The notes below the pieces were generated by a model. That model did no database searches, was not told where the DNA came from, and saw nothing but the letters and a program-made list of their open reading frames with translations. 64,000 nucleotides of DNA from the human T2T-CHM13v2.0 reference genome, Homo sapiens. Positions within the stretch are counted from its first letter, which is position 1. Every line of letters begins with the position of its first letter. Made by a program: the position numbers and the translations under genes. The stretch is taken from NCBI RefSeq assembly GCF_009914755.1, contig NC_060938.1; one strand, given 5' to 3'. Shown one piece after another: positions 16,005 through 44,510 of this stretch.

Positions 16005-17350
16005 TATCCATTCATTCTACAAATATCTGTTGAATGTTCACCGTGAGCCAGGCACTGTGCTAGGCATTGTCATACGATTATGAGAAAAACTAAATGAAAC
16101 TTAACAGCCTAATGCAGAACACAAACAATACCTGAATAATAATATTAACAAAATTAAGATGGTAACTGTGACAAGTGCTACCGCAAATGGCAATATGGTC
16201 TTATAAGAAACTATTTCCGAGGAACCTGATGTTCTAAAGTTTTCCTGGGAAGGTGATACTTGCATTGAGCACTGAAGAATGAGGATAGCTAACTAGATAA
16301 AAGGAGAAACAGGATGCACGAAAGTTCTGTAGTGAAAGATAAGAAAGAAGGCCAGTGAGGTGGGAAGAGAATAAAAGAAAACATGTCACAAAGTGAGGGT
16401 GGAGAGATAAACAAGGTCTAGGCCATGTTTAGTTTTTATTCTAAAATCAGCAGGAGGCCACTGAGGGTTTAAGCAGGAGGTTAATATTATCAGATTTGCT
16501 TTTAGAAGAGATCTCTAGCTAACAATAGATTTTGGGAGGGTGGTAAAATGAGTTTAGGCACAATGGCTAGGAGGCCACTACTACGGTTCAAATGAAATAA
16601 TATGGTAGCCTAGAATGGATTAGGAATGGAGGAAGTTAGAAGTGGACAGATTAGGAGATAAAATTGACAGGATTTTGTAAGAGATTAGATGGGTTGGAGT
16701 GGGAGATAGTAAGAGAGGAATTTGTCCTGAATGATGCCTGGGTTTCTGATTTGAGTAATTGAATGGTTGATGGTGCAGTTTGCTAAAAGAGGGACTCCCA
16801 GAGGAGCAGCAGGTATGGGTCAATGAGCCTGAGTGACTTTGGACCTGTTGGCTTATGGTGCCTCTGAAACATTCAAGCTGAGTTGTATAACAGGCAGCTA
16901 GATTGTGGGTTTGAACTGGAAATACAAATTTGGGGAAAATTAGCACAGACAGTAATCAACACTATACATATGCATGAGATGCCCCAGGAATTAAGCATAG
17001 TGTAAAGAGGGGGCAGGGCTTGAGTCTCAACCTCCTAGAAATACAACATTTAATTGCTGGTTGAGAAGAATGAACCTGAAAAGGAGACAAGGGGGAGGGA
17101 GAGCTAAAACCAAGCCAAGAAACCCTGTGTCACAGAAGTGAAGGAATTCATGAAAGCAATTCGTGAAAGAGGGAGTGCTCAGTTGTGTGGAACAATGATA
17201 AAAGGTCAAGTGAAATGAGGACTGAGAGATGCTCAGTGCGTTTAACAACACAGAAATCACTGGTGACCTTAGCGAGAACTGTGGATGAGGAGTGGCAGGG
17301 TGGAAGCCAAGGCCGAGGATTCAGTGAGACTGAGAGGAAATAACCACAGT
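16005..17350 (-). mobile_element. L2 LINE fragment
   Basis: Begins with the reverse complement of the L2 3' end (attcattc...aaatatctgttgaatg...ccaggcactgtgctagg), then purine-rich L2 body. Confidence 0.7.
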
Positions 17351-17925
17351 ATAGAGCTATTCTCCACAACTGGGAAGGAGAAGAGAAAGACCAGGCAGTA
17401 TCCTGAAAGTCTTGAGAGGCTTAAAGAACATGATGTGTATAATACACTTAGGATGGTGCTTTACCCAGAGAAAACTGGAGCTGAGTGTGTTTGCCTTAGA
17501 GAAAATGATATGAATTCTTTGAAAGACCCAGGTACCTGATGTAAGTGCTTCCATATGACATTAATGAGACATATTCTACAACCACAAAATGCACTAAGCT
17601 CTCTTGAAAGGGAGACCTGGAGGATGGCTGAAAAGGGAAGAGATTGAATCTTCTTTCTTCAGGAATCACTTGGTACTGGGGTAAAGAAGGACAGGCTGGC
17701 CAATAACTGTCATTAGGTTAGGAGTGAGGGGTCAGGGGGATGACTTCCCTAGGAAGGTCCAAACCTCCACGGAATCTCTGAGCATATTTCAGTTACATTT
17801 CATGAAGCATTCATCAACTACTTCAACTCACAGATCTCTCTCAACTCTTGCAGCTCTTAGAGCCCTGTGTAATTTAGCAATTGTTTATTTGAGACTCTAA
17901 CTAATAAATGAAGCAGATAAAATGA

Positions 17926-18670
<745 letters not shown>

Positions 18671-18834
18671 AACAGGAGTTCTATTGACCTCAGAAACCAA
18701 CTTCTTTATTTTGCTTTGATTGTAAAAGAATCCTCAAATCCTGATTCATTCAGATCAGTAGTTACAAATAGTAACAGTTTTTCCTTCTAATTTCAGTATA
18801 TTCTTTAATTAATCAGCAATGGCAAAAGAACGTG

Positions 18835-19254
18835 TGTATAGTTTGGATGCTTATTCCCTTCCAATCTCACACTGAAATGTGATCCCCAGTGTTGGAGGTG
18901 GGGCCTAGTGGGAGGTGTCTGGGTCATGAAGGTGGATCCCTAATGAATGGCATGCCACAGTCCTTGTGGTAACTCCGTTCTCACTCTATGAGTTCACATG
19001 AGACCTGGTTGTTTTAAAGGGCCTGGCATCTCCTTTCTCTCTCTTGCTCCCTCTCTCACCATGTGATATGTGCGATTCTCTTCACCTTCTGCCATGATTG
19101 TAAGCTTCCTGAGGCCCTCACCAGAAGCAGATGCCAGCATTATGCTTTGTGTACAGACTGCAGAACTTTGAACCAAATAAATGTCTTTTTAAAATATATA
19201 TATAAATTACCCAGTCTCTGGTATTCCTTTATAGCAATGTGAACAGACTAACAG
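18835..19254. mobile_element. MaLR solo LTR (MST family)
   Basis: MST-type text: 'tgtgatccccagtgttggaggtggggcct', 'ccatgattgtaagcttcctgaggccctcaccagaagcagatgcc', 'aattacccagtctctggtattcctttatagca'. Confidence 0.85.
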
Positions 19255-19330
19255 ACATTTATTCTAATGTCTGCAAAAAAATGAGCTAGCCACATTAGCA
19301 TATTGCAAGCTTCCTTACGATGTATTAAAA

Positions 19331-19667
<337 letters not shown>

Positions 19668-19879
19668 TGAGTATGCATGTAGTCTCTTTATAAAGAGATA
19701 TATATGAGTGTGTTTGTACAAATATGTCTATATATACATTTGATTTAAACTATTTTACAATCATTGTATAAGCTGCTTTATTACCTTTTAAAATTTATTC
19801 CTCAAAATAATAACCCTATGAGGTAGTTATTATTATCCCCATTTAATGTAAAAGAAAATTGAGGCACAGAGAGATTAGG

Positions 19880-27878
<7,999 letters not shown>

Positions 27879-28273
27879 CTGAATAAAAATACAAAGAAAG
27901 AAGGAAATAAGAAAGATCAAGACAGCAGAAGTTAATGAAACAAATTAAGTAGATTGTCCAAAGTCACACAGTTAGAGAATGGCAGAACTGGCCCAAATTC
28001 AGATTTTTCTGACTCCGAAGCCTATGTTCTTTACAGAAGTTAAACATCTTCACTGTTTTCCAAATTTCAGTTGCAAAGTATTATTACCTTCATGATTTTT
28101 GTCCTCTGAAGTACTACCTACTATTGTTTACTTCATATTTTTCTTTAAATTAGCTCACTTTTAAAACTTAACCTCATCTTAGGCAATAACAGCTATGAAA
28201 TCAAGGTTTTGATAAGCAGTTAGAATGTTCCTAACACACATTAGGAAATGTAAATATCAGTTCAAAGGAGAAC

Positions 28274-28708
28274 TGCCAGGTCTGTCCCGCAGACCCTGGC
28301 CGATGGATGAAATGAGTACTCAGACACAGGTATGCAGTGTAAGAGCAGCTAGGTGACTGCCTGGCTCTAGTGGCCAGAGAGCAGCCCTGAGAAGCTGGAG
28401 CCGCTTCCTTTTATTCATTATAGGCACAATGCCAAAAACCTGGAGCCAACACAACCTGTAGGTAATTAACATTTATTGTTCCCCTTTCAGGGAATGTGGG
28501 TCAGTTCCTGGTCAACATAAGTAAACAAGCCTGTTTAAGATAAATTCCACCACACTCCCTTGTACCTACTCCTTGCCCTCTGCCTCAGGGTTATAGAACA
28601 GCTGCCTTCAGCTGTTCTCCCCCGGGGCTCTGCAGAACCATCCGACCCTTCAGAAGGCTGGCATCCTTTCCCTATAGTTTTTCCCACCATTCTGATCGAT
28701 CCCCCACA
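28274..28708 (-). mobile_element. HERV-K-class solo LTR, LTR22 (HML-5)-like
   Basis: Minus strand runs TGTGGGGGATCGATCAGAATGGTGGGAAAAACTATAGGGAAAG...GGGTCTGCGGGACAGACCTGGCA, with internal AATAAA; 6-bp near-TSD gagaac/gaaaac. Confidence 0.8.
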
Positions 28709-28726
28709 GAAAACAAATTCACCTAT

Positions 28727-29100
28727 TGTGAGGTTTAATTGTATGTGTCAATCTGGTTAGGTTATAGTTACTCAATCAAACACTAATTGAGGTATTGCCA
28801 TGAAGGTAGTTTATAGATGTGGTTAGCAGTTGTCTGTGACTGTAAGTCTACAGCTGCCTTTCAGTGAAGGAGATTATTCTTGATAATGTTGGTGAGCCTC
28901 ATCCAATCAACTGGAAGGCCTTCAAAGCAAAACTGAGGTTTCCCTGAGAAAGAAAAAATTCTGCCTCAAGACTGCAGTGTCAGCTCCTGCCTGAGAGTTT
29001 CCAGCCTGCAGGCCTGTCCTGGAGATTTCAGACTTGCAGCCTTCACAACCACGTGAACCAATTGCTTGAAATAAATCTCTTTCCATTCTCATTACTACTT
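28727..29100. mobile_element. ERVL LTR (MLT2 family)
   Basis: 'tgtgaggtttaattgtatgtgtcaa', 'gcctcatccaatcaactggaaggcctt', 'ctgcctcaagactgcag'. Confidence 0.75.
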
Positions 29101-29270
29101 GTGCTCTGCCTAGAAGGGGCTGAAAGAACCAGGGGAGGCCAGCCTGGCTGAGGACACCTTTCGTGTCCCTGCACCACCCTGGAGTCCTGCATGCCTCACC
29201 TGGCTCCACTCTCGTCTGGAGCTGTGCCTGGCTGGAGCAGAAGATGCCAGTACCCTTCCTTCTTCCCCAA

Positions 29271-29594
29271 TCTTTTTTTTTTTTTTTTTTTGAGACAGAG
29301 TCTTGCCCTGTTGCCCAGGCTGGAGTGCAGTGGTGCGATCTTGGCTCACTGCAACCTCCTCCTCCCAAGTTCAAGCGATTCTCGCCTCCCGAGTTCAAGT
29401 GATTCTCCTGCCTCAGTCTCCTGAGTAGCTGGGATTACAGGCGCCTGCCACCACGCCTGGCTAATTTTTGTATTTTTAGTAGAGACGGGATTTCGCCATG
29501 CTGGCCAGGGTGCTCTCAAACTCCTGACCTCAGGTGATCTGCCTGCCTCGGCCTCCCAAAGGCTGGGATTACAGGCGTGAGCCGCAGTGCCCAG
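29271..29594 (-). mobile_element. Alu with an internal ~24-bp tandem duplication
   Basis: gttcaagcgattctc...gttcaagtgattctc at 29369-29407. Confidence 0.9.
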
Positions 29595-30126
29595 CTCCTT
29601 CTTACCCAATCCGACCTGGCTTCTAAGCCTTCCTGCTCACTCTTCAGCCTCCCATCCTCTCCCTTCCAGACTCCCAAGGCCTTCTTTACCGCAGTTCTGA
29701 CCCCGCTTCTGGGTGTTCCTCCCTCCAACTGTGCTGTTCTCCCTCCTGGGTTGGTGGCTGAATGGTGTTCCTCTTTCTCTGGAGAGAGATGAGACTCCTT
29801 TCAGTGGACCCCCTGGCTGCCCCCAGCCCCACGAAGCAAACAAAGTGAAATAACTTGCCTAAGGTTATTTAGGTATTAAGGGACAAAGTCAGGATTTGAA
29901 CCCAGGTCTTTAGATTCCAAATCCAATGATTTCTGTAGGAGTCTGATGGTTATATCGCTCAGCTCTCTTCACCAGATTGAGCCAAGGAAAGAGTGAGGGC
30001 CTGGCTTCTTGTCCTGTTCTTGCTGCCAGCAGCTGTGTGCCACTAGATGGTCTCATCCCCTCTCTGGGTGTTGGTTTTCTCACATATAAAGTGAAGGAGG
30101 TAGGTAGGTCATATTTAAGATCCTTT

Positions 30127-30449
30127 GCTGGGCGCAGTGCCTCATGCCTGTAATCCCAGCACTTTGGGAGGCCAAGGCAGGTGTATCACCTGAGGTCAGG
30201 AGTTTGAGACCAGCCTGACTAACACAGTGAAACCCCGTCTCTACTAAATACAAAAAAATTTGCCGGGCCTGGTGGTGCATGCCTGTAATCCCAGCTATAT
30301 AGGAGGCTGAGGCAGGAGAATCACTTGAACCTGGGAGGGGGAGGTTGCAGTGAGCTGAGATTGTGCCATTCACCCCAGCCTGGGCAACAAGAGCAAAACT
30401 CCATCTCAAAACAAAACAAAACAAAAACCCATAAAATAAAATAAAATAA
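30127..30449 (+). mobile_element. Alu
   Basis: TSD aagatccttt. Confidence 0.9.
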
Positions 30450-31721
30450 AGATCCTTTTCAATTCTCTGACTTTTAAATTTCCATTTCCTTTTCCCAATG
30501 AGGTATAAATGCATTTTGTTTCCATCTTATAAAAGAGGGGTCACTGGAGCTGGGGGTGGGGGTTATGCAGCAAATTTCCTTCCAAGCTGGAGCTGGAAAC
30601 CACTGTCCAGGAGCCTGGTGTGTTGTCCATCAGTTGGGGGCTGGACGTATGCAATAGGACTTCCTAGTAGGGCCACCTTGGCTCTCGGCGGCAGGATTCT
30701 AGGAGCAACAGCTGTGCCCCTGCAGGAGCCATGGAGGGAAGTCACTCAGTTCATGGAGTCAGGCCACATGGGAGGAGAAGGCAGCCTAGAACTAGCCATG
30801 GTGAAGGCTTCCCAGGCAGTTCACGCTTTTGAAAATGGCCCTGAGAGAGATGCTATCAGGAGGCGTATTTAATGGGTTTTGGAAATTGGCTAATTTTGCC
30901 ACAACGGTCTGAGTGTTATCCGATGCATGCTAAGCATCTGGGGCCAGCGTGCCCAAGGCCTTCAAAGAGATTTGACAGCCGGGAAGGCTGGGCAAAGTAG
31001 CTAGTGGTTTCCAGCACTCAAGGGACCCCAGGCGACCTCAGAAAACCAGGTCAGGTGCTGGGTCGATGCCCTCTCCTGCTCCACAAGGCGTCACCCCACT
31101 TGCCTCCTCCATCCCTCTCCCTCCCTCACACTGGTCCTTGCTCCCAGGCCTCCTTTCCCACAGCCCTTGCCTCCCCATTCCCCTAGCCAGCCCTGGGCTG
31201 AGCTCCTTCTCCCCTAGCAGGCGCCCTCTCCCATGCTTTGGGTCAATAAGCCATCAATATCCTGCACTGAGGAGAAACAGCAGCTCCTTGCACGCCTGAT
31301 TCACCAAGAGCCACTCTCCCGCCCTGCTTCTCTGGGCCTCCCGCACCCTCCTTCCATCCTCTGCGGCCACATTTCCTCCTCCAGAGATGCTGCCATCCAT
31401 CAGCTCTCTGCCTCACTGGTCACATTTACTTTCTCTGGCTGTCTTCAGCTTGGTTGTTTATATTCTTCCTCTCCCTGCTTCCTATTCCCTTTTTATCCAC
31501 TTGTTCCTGGACGCAGGATTTCTGTAGGTGCTTCTCAGGATTATCCTATAGAAGGGGGGCAGCAAAGAGGCCCAAAGCCATACGCTCCATTTCCCCTCCC
31601 AGGGGACTCTTGCCTCTCTCCAAAGCTTATTAGGATCATTGAAAAGGGGTCTGCTGTTTCCCACAGAGGCAGGTGATGCAATTTAAAGGGCTCGAGATTT
31701 GGAATCAGAAGCCTTCAGTTT

Positions 31722-31974
31722 TGGAGCTGCAGTGGTGCGGTCACAACTCACTGCAGCCTCAATCTTGTGAGCTCAAGTGATTCTCCCACCCCAGCCTCCT
31801 GAGTAGCTGGGACTACAGCCAAGTGCCACCATGCCTAGCTAATTTTTTTTTATTTTTTGTAGAGATGAGGTCTCACTATGTTGCCTAGGTTGCTCTCGAA
31901 CTCCTGGGCTCAAGTGATCCTCCCGCCTCGACCTCCCAAAGTGCTGGGATTACGGGAGAGCCACTGCGCCCAGC
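31722..31974 (-). mobile_element. Truncated AluJ-like element within a MIR
   Basis: Reverse-complement Alu lacking a tail. Confidence 0.8.
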
Positions 31975-32191
31975 TTGGAACAATTTCTGAGAGAAACTTG
32001 GGTAGGTCTATTAACCCCTTTAAACCTCAGTTTTTTCATTTATAAAATGGAGCTGTGAGGACTGAGTGAGAAAATAATAACTCATTTACTGAGTGTAGTC
32101 TGTATGTCAGGCTCTATGCTAGGCCCTTTCAAATATGATTGCCCCTAAGCAAGTTTGTGAATGTGCTTTGCAGGTTAGAAAGTGCTGTGCA

Positions 32192-32535
<344 letters not shown>

Positions 32536-33075
32536 TTATTACAGACAAGTCCAGAGAGCTATTATAGCATCACCCAGAAAATTTTTTTTGTACCTAGAAA
32601 ATAATTAAATGGGCACTTTTGAACAGGTTTGTCAGCAAACATTTTATACACACCTTGACATGACTGCTGTGAAGGAGTCAGGCAGATGTGATTAACCCCA
32701 TTCTGTGGGTAAGGAGACCAAGCCCTGGGTCTGGGGAGCTCTGTCTGCTGTCTCCACTTTTCCCTGCACCCTCTGGAACTCCCTGCTGTCCACCGTCTGC
32801 AGTGGACAGGGAAGTGTGCCTGTTTCGTGTGATGGTGTCGGGGCTGTGGGCAATGTGTGTGAGAGCCTGTGGCAGGACCCGCACAGCATCTTGGAGGTTG
32901 GGATGAGACGCTGAGTGGAGAAGTTATCTAGAGCAGACAGCTTGGAGCTCTGAGAGCAGCAGCATGCACCCAGCAGGCCAAGGGGAGCAAGCAGCACTGT
33001 CTCTGTCTCTGGAGGGGAGAGGGCACGGTAGGGAAAGTCCCTGGGTCATTGTGTTGGCAAGCTGGCTGTGCCTCA

Positions 33076-33408
<333 letters not shown>

Positions 33409-34174
33409 TCATGTGACTGAAATTGTGAGGACTTGTTCTTACTTGCTGCTAAGCTCAGGCCAAACAGATCACTTTTCAAACCATGCTTGGTACCCTGCAT
33501 CTTCAGGACACAGGGCCAGACTCTGGTCCAGGAGCCTGTGGGGGGACATGCAGCCCCTTCAGGGCTGTAACGTCCAGGCCTTGGCTACCTCTACATTAGT
33601 TGGCCAAAGCCCCCCACTACCGCCACCAGCCACCAGAGGCCACTGCTAATTCCAACCCAGGCTGAGTCATGGCACCAGCCTGTGCGTGTGGTCCAGGGCT
33701 GTTGCTGACTCCTTCAGAGAGGCCCCAATAACTCACTGCCCAGATGGATTTCTTTAAAAATTGCAGCCAGCCAAATCTACTGTCCCCAGGAAGTAGCCCC
33801 TTCTGCCAGCGAGGCTTCTGCTCTCCTCCCAGATGCTTCTAGGATTCCCCTTCCCTCCTTCCATGGCTCTCCGTCCATTCAAAATTTCCCCTGGACCTCC
33901 AGGGACCCCCAGCTCTTCCTCCCTCTCATCTCTGTGGCCTGATGGCCTGGCTCTCTCCTACAGACATGGCTTCCCTTTGTGCCTTCTCAGGTGGAAGCTG
34001 CCCTTTCCTCTCAGGCTTTAAGCTCAGGAAGCAGATGGCAGACTCCGGATCAGCAAGCCATTAAGCCCTGCCCTGTCTCACCGTCTCAGCCCTGTTCCAG
34101 TGGGGCTCTTACCACCTACTCTACACTCTGTTCTTCTTGGTGCTGCCGTGGATCCGTCTTGTTCACAGAAGACC

Positions 34175-38500
<4,326 letters not shown>

Positions 38501-41304
38501 ACTTTGAGGCTACTCTTTGTGCGGTCTCGGATACCTCAGCTAAAAGACGAGGGGAGAGGCCTTAAGAAGAAATAAGGATACAGCTGTAATTAATGAGGAA
38601 AGCAACTGAGATCCATCAACCTCAGATGGAGAAGCCTAAGGGGTGATTTGATTATGGTTTTCAAGCCTAAGGGGGCCCTTTGCCTTAAGAAATATGACCG
38701 ACTGTTCTGTCTCCTTTAACAACAAAATAGAAAAAGGTTAAGTTTTAGTCATGACAGAAATGACAGATCCAGGTTAGGGAAGAGAAGCATTAAATGCCAG
38801 AAATTAGCTAGAGCAACGTGCAACCTGATCAGCCTGCTTTAGAAAGTAGGCTAGGTTTCTGCACATCTGAGATGATTGTTGGGTAGACTGAACTAAGGGT
38901 AGGCTGATGAACCGGGCAACTCACCAAGCCTCAGGATCTACACTGCGGCATAAGCAGCAAGTCTGAGGTAGAGCTGGGCTCAGAGACCAATTCCTTGTCC
39001 ATTTCCAGCAATGGGGTCTGACCGTGGCAACCCTTGGGCTGCAGAATGGGTTTGTTCTGGCCTGTAGGGTCAAAGCAGTCTAGCTACTCCTGCTTGGTTA
39101 TACCTGCCCTGAAAGAGGCCAGAGGGTAGGGTTGTGGGTAGGGAGTGAAAAAGGGTGTAGGTTGGTATTTAGAAGAGTGGCACAATCAGGGGGAATAACC
39201 TTGGCTAAGGAGCTGGTTGGTATATCACCTCCTTCAGGAAGCCCTCCCTGATGCGCCCATGCTGGCTTAGGGCTCCTCCTCTGTGCTCCCACATCCCTGT
39301 GCTACCTTGGTCCCTAAATGAATCCTATGGTATTGAGATGATCTAAGGATTTCAGTTAATCCTCGCCAAACCGTGAGCTCTTTGGTGGCAAGAACTATGT
39401 TTCATTGATGGCTGTTTCGGGTCTGGCACAGGGTATAGGTTGTGGAAGTGCTGGGTAAATGAGTCTTAACTAATTGACCTAGGGAACAAATGCATTGCTC
39501 TGGGAGACTGTACTACATTATCCCCAGAGGCAGCTTCAGAATAACCCAGCAGAAAACTCCGGCTTTCTGGAACCACACATTTCAATGGGACAACCGAAGA
39601 GATGACCCCATGAAATCTGGGCTTCGGTCCCTGCTCAGCCACTTATTAGCAGTATGGCCTGGTTAGCACGTAACAATCCCCTCCCTGTCCCTCGGTTTCC
39701 TCCTCTACCAAATGGGAGCCATGGTCCCACAGATTCACAGGGTTGTCTTGAAAATGGAATGAGATCATGGGTGTGCAGGCAGTGAAAACATCTTGAGAAA
39801 GGTCTTTAAGACTTACACAGAGGTAAGGAGTTATTAATAGCCTCATTATTATTCTTACCCAGAATGCCCATGGCAAAGCAGCATGTGGCAGCCCCAGCCC
39901 CCGCACCCCACCCTTCCATACTATTTCTGTACCTGGAAAGCAGGTTCTTGGAGGGATCATCCCCATGTGGGGAAGAGGGTGAATGCTGGGCAGACCTGCC
40001 TCCACTGGCTCTCCAGCCTGCTCCTCCCTGGGCACTCTCCCCAAACCCTGTGATTCAGGAGGCATGGCCGACCCTGGCCCACCACCCATCTGGAGGGCTT
40101 CGGATGGTGTCTGTCTCTGACACTTCATTTGGTGCAGTAGTGGTGCTGATGAGGTGCTGAGGGGAGAAGCTAAAAGTGGTCAGGACAAGTCTCATCACTT
40201 GGGCTAAATCCTGGGGCAAGCTGTCTTCCTGGGGACCTCTGATCCACCTTTTTGAGACCCACTTGATTCAGAGTTCAGTTAGGCCCAGACACGAAAGGAA
40301 GCAGCTTTCATGCCGATTGCACATTTCTAAGTGAGCAGCTCAAGCCGGCTCATCCTACCTCTCCTCCCTCTTTTCTTCCAATGGCCCCACCATTGCCTGG
40401 AGAGTGGAGAGCTCTGGGCAGGAGTAGGAACAGATCTAGGTGTTTCTCCTCCCCAACACCTCTCACTTCCTTGCCATGCAAGTGTGATGCTTGTGAACAT
40501 CAGTTGGCACACACCAGGGAGCAGCAGAGAGACAGAAGTATCCCAGAGAAAGGAGGAGAAAATCAGATAGGTGGGTGGGTGATGGGTGACCCCATCTTCC
40601 ATAAAGCCCTGGAGGCAACATCCAGGTTCTGACAGCCAGCAGAATCCCCCAGGGTATAAGCCCCAGGACTCCCAGTGGAGGGCCTGACCTCCCCAACCCT
40701 GGGCCTCATCTTTCAGCTCCCCCTGGCCCTCACCCTAACCTGTGAACATCAGCATGAGGGCTGAACAGATCCATAGAAGTGGGGTCTTCACTGGTTTTGG
40801 GAATAATCAAAGCCCTAGGGTCAGCAGAGCAGTGGGTACAGAGGAGAAAAAGCCAGCAGAATCTATCTGCAGGTCAGGGAAGGCTGGAGCCTGGAGTGAG
40901 GTGTCAGACCAAAGCTCCACCAGCCCGGTCCAAGGATCTCTCCACAAGAGGAAGGCCAGCAGCAGCTACTGCCAGTCTCATAGGAACGGTCCATTATCAG
41001 AGAAGCGCAGCCTGACTGCTTTGAGGCGGTCTCCTAACTCGGCTTAGCTCCCCCTTCCCATTCGGCCAGCCAGGTCTGTGCGCTGCTGACTTAAAACGCT
41101 GCCCTCAATTCTATCTTTAGCTCTGGCTGCGGGAGCCTGAGTGACAGGCAGGGTGGGGTCTTGTGCTGGGGGTGGGAAAAATTTGCAGCTACCAGGTTTC
41201 CTGAGAAGGTGGCATTGATTGCAAGGAGCAGGGCCCATGTCATAATCACAGAATCATCTGTGACCAGTTCAATGGAAAGCACAGAACTCCATGGATACTG
41301 GTTG

Positions 41305-41358
41305 GGTGGGTGGATAGATGGATGGATGGATAAATGGATGCATCCATGCATAGATGGA
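41305..41358. repeat. Degenerate (GGAT)n simple repeat
   Basis: Seen directly. Confidence 0.75.
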
Positions 41359-42091
41359 GCAGAGGCCCCAGGGAAAGGATGAGAACAGGGCCAATTGGTC
41401 CATTGACCAAGGCATGGACCCTGAAGGAACTCTGCATGATATTAGGCAAATGACTTCCCCTCCTGGCCTCAGTTTCTTCATTTGTAAGAGGGGACGAGAT
41501 AAGTGGTTTTCAGGCTGCCTCCAAGGGCCATCACCACTGCCTCCACCACCACATCTCCTCCCCAGCCTCCCCCTTCATGAACAAGGGGCTGCTGCTGGGC
41601 TTGAGCTGGGAGGAAGGGAAGTGATGGCTCCACAGGTCTCCCCTCCCGCTTCCATCACGGCTGCTCATTGGTATCAACCCTGAACATTGAGCTTCCTGGA
41701 AAAAATTCCGTTAGACAAAAGGTCCGGTGGCTAAAGAGTGTGATAACCACTGGGTTAAACAACCTTAAAGGTTTCTTCTGACTCTGGAGCCCCTTGGAAG
41801 CCATTGCTCAATCACACATTGGAAATGTTTGGGTTGCTGTGGATGGCTCCAGGGGCGACACCAGAATTAACACAAGTTTTCCTGGAGACAGGAATAATGA
41901 AGACCCTCAGATTTTACCCTTCCTTCCTCTCCCTCAGAAACCCCTCACACTTCACAAGGGGAAATTCCTTGGGCCATGTTGACTGCAGAATGTTTCCAGG
42001 TTACTGGCTTTGGGTGGAGAGGTGGGATTCTGTGTAAATGCAGTTTTCTCACACTTTTCTCATTAATGGGTCACCGTGTTATTTCCTTTAA

Positions 42092-42310
<219 letters not shown>

Positions 42311-44177
42311 TAGGAGTCAGGTCCTAAAACGAGGGCTGAGAAGGGGCAATGTCCAAGTCAGTTGTGCTCCCACCTACCTTAGGCAGATGCTCAGTACCTT
42401 TTCAGCCCCAGGAGAGGGGGCAGGGGGCTCAGATTATGAAGTTCCCCTCCACCCCCAGAGCAGCTCAGTTTCCCAAGTGCATTCAGACTTGGCCAAATGA
42501 AATTGCCTTTTGCAGGAGGTGGCAAGACTAGTCCATCAACTGCTTCTCACCAGGACTGATATGAAAATCCCTTATCTGAGCAATAAAACACTGGCAAGCT
42601 CCCATTCAGCCAAATATTTTTTCCAATAAGAGAAAGTGAAGTGCCCAAGAAAGGATGAGGAGGGATTGGGGGGAAGCCCTGGCAGGGCAGTAGGAGCATG
42701 GATTGAAAGGGGCTGATGGGGGGTGTGACCCAAACCCCCAGCCAGGCCCAGGGGAGAAGTGAGTGGAACTGACGTGGAGCTGGAGAGGAGACTCCAGGCA
42801 GACACAGTTCAGAGAAAGGTGCCAGGAGAGGGAAGTGGAGTCGGATCCATCCATCCCCTGTCCATCCTAAGGTGGCAGGACCCCATGGCACAGCAGGCCT
42901 TTGTCTGAGGTCCCAAGGTCCGGGGGGATCTAGTGGCCTAGCATCCTGGGGATCTGGGTGCAGCTTAGAGTGAGATCCATGGAGCCCAGGGAAAGACGCC
43001 ATTGGCAAGGCAGGAAGGCTCCCTGTGCAGAGGGAAGCTGGGCCCGCCAAACTCCTTGTTCTTTCTCTTGGCCTGACCTATGAAAGGAATGGGGTGTGAC
43101 TAGACCTTGGGAGAGTTACTTTAGCCCCCTGTGCCTCCATTTCCTCCCTTGTCAGATGGAGACTCTGCCTCCATCACAAAGAGCCAACCCTTGACTTTGC
43201 CTCCATCACAAAGATGTTCTAATCCAATCTGATGACAGATGTGAAGGTTTTTCTTTTGAAATAGTAGAACTGCTTCGCAGGCATTACTCGTGGCCAGAAG
43301 GCTGGGGTCTAGCGGCCTGCTCTTTGCTACTTTTGGGCTCTCTTCTTCCTGCTCTTATGGATTTGCATCTGGGAAGGCCAGGGCCTCTGTCTCTCCCTCA
43401 TTTGACCTTCCCTTTACCTTCCTACCTCCCTTCTCGGGGACATTCTCCTCCCACTCCTTTTTTCCCTCAACCTTTATCCTGGCCACCCTCTGGCAATGAA
43501 CTCCCAATAAGGCAAATGTTCCTGCATGGACCCTGTGTTCCAGCCTCTCAGGCCCAGCTCTTCCCCCACACACACTGCAGTGGGATCACGATCCCCCTGC
43601 TTGGAAACCTGCTGCTGTGTGCTCAGGTGTGCATCCCACATCATGCCTGAGTTACTCATCGAGGACTTGCGTGGGCCCACTCACCTCCCACTGACCCAAC
43701 CATCCCACACACCAGTCTTGTAGGACATGGCCTTTCTGTAGATAGCTTTACCTCCTCCTGCTTCCAAACCATCACCTCACCCACCACCCTCAATGTCCTA
43801 CCCTTTATCTCTGCTAAATCAAGTAACTAGCCTTTGAATAATTGTCTATCTCCTCCCCTCCAGGAACCCTTCCCCAAATAACCTCACTGTATCTTGTCTT
43901 CCCTTCGCTTGGACACCTTCTGGTCTATGACAGGATTGGTATCTCTGCAGTGTGAAGTGTGTGTCTGTGCGTCCTGTCAAGGCCCTTGGGGGTCATCCTT
44001 CCCAAAGGGGCCATACACACTGGCTCCCCATGGTGAGGTTATATGGGCTGCAGACCGACTGCAGCCTCATTGTGTAGGAAGAGGACCAGGTCAGGTTTGG
44101 TGTCTAGAAGATGGCAGGACAGCACCCAGTGCAGTGGCTGCAGTAAGCTTTATGACAGTGACACATTGCAGAGCCTT

Positions 44178-44510
44178 TTCATGTCCTTTGTAGGGACATG
44201 GATGAAGCTGGAAACCATCATTCTGAGCATCGCAAGGACAGAAAACCAAACACTGCATGTTCTCACTCATAGGTGGGAATTGAACAATGAGAACACTTGG
44301 ACACAGGGTGGGGAACATCACACACCGGGGTCTGTCGTGGGGCGGGGGGAGGGGGGAGGGATAGCTTTAGGAGAAATACCTAATGTAAATGACAAGTTAA
44401 TGGGTGCAGCACACCAACATGGCACATGTATACATATGTAACAAACCTGAAAGTTGTGCACATGTACCCTAGAACTTAAAGTATAATAAAAAAAAAAGAA
44501 GAAGAAGAAA
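44178..44510 (+). mobile_element. 5'-truncated primate L1PA 3' end with poly(A)/(GAA) tail
   Basis: Classic L1PA end 'ttcatgtcctttgtagggacatggatgaagctggaaaccatcattct...cacatgtaccctagaacttaaagtataataaaaa'. Confidence 0.95.
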
